From the NCBI RefSeq assembly GCF_009914755.1, contig NC_060947.1: a DNA stretch of 64,000 nt; one strand, 5' to 3'. A model generated the notes under the pieces. It saw nothing but the letters and a program-made list of their open reading frames with translations, did no database searches and was not told the DNA's origin. The translations under genes and the position numbers were made by a program. The number at the start of each line of letters is the position of its first letter. Position 1 is the first letter of the stretch. Positions 58,591 through 64,000 of this stretch are shown piece by piece. Source of the DNA: the human T2T-CHM13v2.0 reference genome, Homo sapiens.

Positions 58591-59199
58591 GTTGCGGAGA
58601 GGAGCCAATTATTGGTCTAATTGTGCCATTTGAAATCCTGATTTTCACATACTGTCTCCTCTGAAAAGCTTCCTTAGGCCTTATGTACCCAAGAACGAGG
58701 CAAAGAGTGTTTAACACCTATGTTACTTGGTCTACAGTGAGCCGTGAACCCAGTTTCTCCTGTATCTAAGTCATCTCCTGGTCCACTCAAAGTCTTTCAC
58801 CATTTCCCCCTACATCCTACAAATCTCCCTACACTGTTATACCCTGGTGTAAGGCCAATGCTCTCAACAAGCCTCCCCTTTCCCTTCCTCCAGTACCCCA
58901 GAATAGTCAGGGGTAAGGTGGGTCGACTCCTTTCAGGTCTCTGGGAAAAGTGCTGACTACTGGTACTAGGAGCTAGGCTTGCCACCCCAGTTTCGCCACA
59001 TAAAGCAATAAATCAAATTATCTAGATAGAGCAAAAGCCCTTTGGAGGGAGCTCCTCCATCTACTTTTCCTAGGATTTAAAGGAAAAACCCCAGGGAACA
59101 AAGTAGTGTGGGAGAGGGAATTAAGATGGAAGACGCCAGCAAGATGTTCTATTGGGCCACCCAGAGTCCCCCACAAAAGCGCAAGCCGGGGGATAGGCT

Positions 59200-60110
59200 A
59201 TCTTGTCCTTTCCCCAACGTTTCTTTACAGAAGCGGCCGGCAGCAAACCTCAGGGCCCAACATCCCCTCCCCACCCTATCCCCAATTTCCGGGTCTGCCC
59301 CAGGCTTTCAGATGTTCCGGGAACTACCTACACCCGCAGAGCCTGCCAAAGCCACCTCCGGCTCGGCTCGATGGGTACAGGCAGGGGTACCGGACACTCG
59401 GGCTTCCCGGCCCTGGACTGGTTACTCCTCCAGACGCTGAAGCTCCGGATGTGCGAAATGGCTCCGCAGTGCGACCGAGTGTGCAGGGGCCTCGGCGGCG
59501 GGAGGGACGGAGGGGAGACGGCGGCGCCGGGGCGCTCACCCCGCTAGCCAGCCGAGCACGCCCCCGCAGGCCGGCCACCCCTGGCTGCAGGCCAGCCCTC
59601 TGCAAGTGGCGTTCTTTCTCTTTTTTAAACTTTCCGGCCTTGGCGAACGGGCAGGGTTTCCAGTCCTCCCCGGCCCCCACCCAGTTCGGGGAGGGGCGGG
59701 GCGGGGCGGGGCTGGCCCTCCTAACCCCTCCGGGGAGGCGATTCCCCCCAAGTCCCGGGCACCGCTAGACGGCGGCCAGGGCAGACGCCTTGCTCCACCC
59801 CACCCCACCCCCGCCTACTGTGGCCACCTGGAGAGGGCGGCTTCCCGAAGCGATCGCCGTCCAGCCAAGCCTGGGACCGCAGCGTCCGGGGAGGAACTCC
59901 CTACAGCGCCAACGGTCCTGGCCTGCCCGCGGTGCGCTCTCTCCGAAAAGTCTAATGCTCCGGGAAGGGGGAGGGGAGAGAGAGCAAGGCGGGAAGGGGG
60001 GGACGGGCTGCTTTTATTTATTTTTTAACTCTTCAAATGCAAGAGGTTTTTGGTGTCCCTAGCACGACTGCGAGCGTCTGGCCAGGCAGAACAATAGAAA
60101 TGGAGGGGGG
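59200..60110. promoter_or_regulatory. CpG island with tandem GC boxes
   Basis: Dense CpG; GGGGCGGGGCGGGGCGGGG at 59693-59711. Confidence 0.8.
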
Positions 60111-60649
60111 ACGCCGGAAATGGTGCTGGAAGACCCCTATAACCCTATAAACCTCTCCTCTCCCTCTAAGTTCCTATTAGCATTGAAAGATCCTAGTGAC
60201 TTCAATGCAAAATTGTCTTTTTATAACTTTTTTCCTTAAACACATTCCCCCTCCCCACATGAAATCACAAGGGCAAAGATCGCTTCCCAAGTTGTGACCT
60301 TCCGAAGCTCCAGGGCTTCTCACCTGCTCTGCCCCTGGCACCCTGACCTGAGTCAATCCCATCCCCCAACAGTTCCCCTGGTTTGCACCTAGACAATAAA
60401 TTTAGTTTAATTTAGCTTCCGGTCTTTAATTTTAGCAGGTCTCCTTTTTGCATGCAAATCAATATGGCAATTACCATCTAAAAGCTCGCCCAGCCCCGGG
60501 TCAATGTAAATTGATCATTGTCCGCCTTCCACAAAATAACATCGGGAGTCTGTGGTGCATAATGAGATTATACTGGAAACTGTCTTTTAGATCACAAATT
60601 ATTTTTTATGCTGTCAGGATCTTCTCCGAGTGGACTTCCCCGCTTCTCT

Positions 60650-61700
60650 AATCATGGAGAGCCGAGCCCGTGGGTGCCGGCTGTGGGAGACACAGCTCTA
60701 AAACAATGACGGAGTGAGGACCCCCGTTTCTGAGACCCTCGATTGTAAACACATGGAGGTGAGCTTGCGCCCCAAAAGGGAGCCTTCTACAGAAATATCG
60801 CAGAAAGGCATCGTTAATGAACTCCACCCAACAAAAAGTAAGATATCCCTTCCTGATGAACACGTTGAGGGCAACCAGAGAAAGCCGTCGGGCAGGGCTG
60901 GAGACCAGTGGACGCCCCCGGCCAAGTGCGCGCGACGAACGCGGCTCGGCTACCACCAGGGCGGCTGGGGGGAGACCATTTACTCCCGCCCCGGCGGCTT
61001 CTCCTGGCTCTACCACCTAGGCCTCAGCAGCGCGTCCGGTTTTGCAAACAGACGGAATCCCGTCGGCCATAAACACTGGCAAAGAAGCCGGGGCGGGTCA
61101 GGGCCGGCCCAGGCCTCCCCACCCAGCTTTGGGCGAGGCCCCCACCGGGCCCGATCCAGAAGATGGGCTGGGGCACCGAGGCAATAAGGAGGCTCCTCTT
61201 GACCCGCAGCACTGCTTTCTCCCACCCATCGGCGGCCCCCGGGGCACGAGTGTGACCTCGGGGCCTAACAAAGGGCCTTGTGAGCTCCTTTCGGCCTCGG
61301 GCCGGAGGGAGAAGGGTGGGGCGGGGCGGCCGAGATGGACCCAGGAAGTTCCCCGCCCCGCCGCGCCTCTCCGGGTCCGCCGGGCCCGGTGTCCTCGAGG
61401 AAACCACCGGGGTGGCATTGCCAGGGCTGCCCGCAGCTCCGGGGAACGTCCTGCGGGCTCCAAGCCTCCCGCCCAGCGCGACCGGACCCTGCCCCACTCC
61501 GCCCGGCGCGGGCCCCACCCAAGTGCGGTCTTCCCAATAAAAGCTGGAATTCCCGGCTGGGCTTAGACAAAGAGGGACCGCAGCAAATCGACGCCGCGGG
61601 CAAGCCATACCCTAGCCGGAGTTTACGTGCGCGTCTGGGGTCACCGAGGCGCCTGCTAATCCACCCAACACAGGCTGTCCCCGCCACGGTCTCCTCCAGA
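60650..61700. promoter_or_regulatory. CpG island
   Basis: Dense CpG, GC-rich. Confidence 0.8.
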
Positions 61701-63399
61701 GGAAAAAAAAAAAAGAAAAGAAAGAAAGCATACCTCCCTTTTATTCCTCCCAGAGGCCGCACTTCTTCCTGTTCTCCTTCCCAGCCCACTGAGGCCCTGC
61801 TCCACCTTAGCAAATTGGACCCCAGCAGTGCAACAGCCATTCCTACTGACCACAAAGTGGAAAGCTACCCCTCTTGTGGCTACACGATCCAGCCACTCAA
61901 GGTCAGGAACTCAAAATCTCTTCAGAAAGGCTCCTACCTGCTCGTCACCAACCCGCTGCCCACTCCACCTCACCCCTAGAAGGGAAAGAAACTATAACCA
62001 GAGATAATCCTAGTTCACTGCACACCATCCATCCTTTAGGCTGCTAGCGTGGCCCTCAGTTTCCTTCAAGCCAAAGACACATTATTTCCCTGTGAATAAG
62101 TGTGTGAATGTGGTTGTGTGGCCCACTCTTCTGTACCCAAGTCGGTCTCACTCACTCGGCAGGAAAGTCTTCGTCAGGCATTGAGGAGTGTTTGTCATTC
62201 AGCCTGTGTATCTAAGCATGGATGTATGCATATGAATGCTTTTTGTGTTTCCAAGTGACCCTCTTCACACCTTTAAATGGGCTATTGTCTCTGGAACGCA
62301 CTTACAGAAATTCTGCCCCAGTTTCCAGCTCAACAAAGTCTGGGATTTTTCTCTCAGAATATCGCTATACATCTCTGTATTTGCATACCCATGTTTACAT
62401 TCCCCTTGGCCAGTTCTTTATCTCTTATGTATCTCTTGTTCCATTTGGGCAACGGAGCCCAAGTGTCTTGATTTGTCTCAGCACATGTCATTCAAGCGCA
62501 CATCTTAATCTGAGCATTCGTACTACTTCCATTCTTTTTGCTTTGCCTATAATGTGGCTCTTTCCCAGGCCAGACCAATATGGGTTTGCAGTTTAAATGT
62601 AAACAGAGGATCCCTTAAGATCACAAACTCTTAAAGAAAGGAAGAGGAGGGAGGAGGAGACTGGAATGTTAGTAATGAGTTATTTATGTATAGGGTAACC
62701 CATCCGCCCATTTCAAGCTGAAGAAAGAACTAGATAAATGTCTGCAGAGGTGTATTAAAATTTTAGACCAATTTAATATTAGCCATATATATACACACAC
62801 AAACGATGGATCTCACAACACATCAGTGTCCAGCTCCTCTTTGGAGGCTGTCTCCTTGCACATATCTAACTCCTCACAAGTTCCTGGTTAAAAGTATGTC
62901 TATTTATATAGAGACAACTCAAAGACCGCTTTGCTCTCTTCAGTGCATACCTGTACATGCTGGCGGGGCATTTCAGGCTCAGGTCCTTGGTCTGCAGCAG
63001 TCATAGTCAGAGGCCCCACCCGACTACAGCTATGTGCAGACCTTCCCGTCCTTGAACACCCGCATGAATTCTCTTTGGGAACATTGAGTCTACGTCTGTC
63101 TTCCAAACTCAGTTTTTAAAGTGAGGGTGTTCATTGTGTGTGTTCACAGCTCCCCGACTGAGAAATACCTGGTCAAACTAGATCATCTAGCAGCTGCGTT
63201 TGGTTTGTGGAAGAATCGAGCCCGATGCACCAAGATGTGACCGTGCACACATAAGAGAAAGGAAAACCCTAGGCCCAGACTCACAGCTCCTCCCCACTGC
63301 GAGCTACTCTGCCTCCAGGAATTTCCACTAGGCTCTTTGCCCCCCTTTCCCTATTACACTACCCCACCACGGCCTTTAAAGGGTTAAGAGAAACCCCCA

Positions 63400-64000
63400 C
63401 GGCCTTCCCTCCACCCAGCTCGCTGGGCCCGGAGGCTAGCTCGCTCACTCGCAGCTCACAGAGTCTGCTGCCATCTCCGCGCCTCCCCCCCCTCCAGTCC
63501 TTCAGCCGGGAGGGAGCCTGCATGCCTGTCTAGACCGATCTATCACCGGCACACCAACAACACCCGCGAGAGCGCGGAGACCCTGCCCAGGTCCCCCGGC
63601 CCGCACGGTTCACGGCGGACAGAACCCGGGGAGCGTGACGGTGCCTGCGGGGTGGGGGTAGGGGGCCCACAGGCACTGGCCGCTCCGAGCGCACCACGGG
63701 TCCTCTCCAGCTCCGGCCCCCCGCGCTCCCACCAGCCCGGCTGCCGGGGCACAGTCACAGCTCCGCGCGCTGGGCAGTCCTATTTTTATCTTGTCTAATC
63801 CTAAACTGGGCGGGGAGCACAGGCGTCGTGCTTAGAGAACAAGAGATAGGCGCGGGAGGCGGGGAGGAGCAGCCAGGCAGCGACGCGAGCGGGAGCGAGT
63901 TAAAGACACAGTGGAGGCGACCGCGGGCAGGAAGAAAGAGCGGGCTGCGCGGGCCTCGAGGCGCCGCACGCAACGCGCCGCCCCGCGAAGTTACACTCGC
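63400..64000. promoter_or_regulatory. CpG island, probably the edge of the BCOR promoter island (runs off the window)
   Basis: Very dense CpG up to the window end, upstream of exon 2 on the minus strand. Confidence 0.75.

Noticed and set aside
52214-61979. Long ORFs of 190-260 aa (52214-52996, 59106-59768, 61335-61979 and others)
   Set aside because: GC-rich CpG-island DNA is stop-poor; the products are low-complexity P/G/R/A, overlap in several frames and show no recognisable domain.

Overview
Human (or near-identical great ape) genomic DNA from the BCOR (BCL6 corepressor) locus, known to lie at Xp11.4, with the gene on the minus strand. All 14 coding exons (exons 2-15) are present with GT-AG boundaries. 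ATG is at 47174 and TGA at 21354-21356; the exons sum to 5268 nt, or 1755 aa. The first, non-coding exon is not confidently located and probably lies just beyond the right edge, where CpG islands cluster. Positions 1-18 kb are downstream intergenic DNA packed with Alu, L1, MaLR and L2 remnants, while 25.4-64 kb is almost Alu-free and rich in enhancer-like blocks. No prokaryotic-type systems are present. The best leads are: (1) a latent intron starting inside the stop codon, paired with a strong 3'UTR acceptor, which would give a new C-terminus (...NYWRKKNE*); (2) an in-frame latent acceptor upstream of exon 9; (3) intronic and distal poly(A) options; (4) a decayed ~20-bp tandem array just past the 3' end. 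Repeat subfamily calls and boundaries are by eye and approximate.
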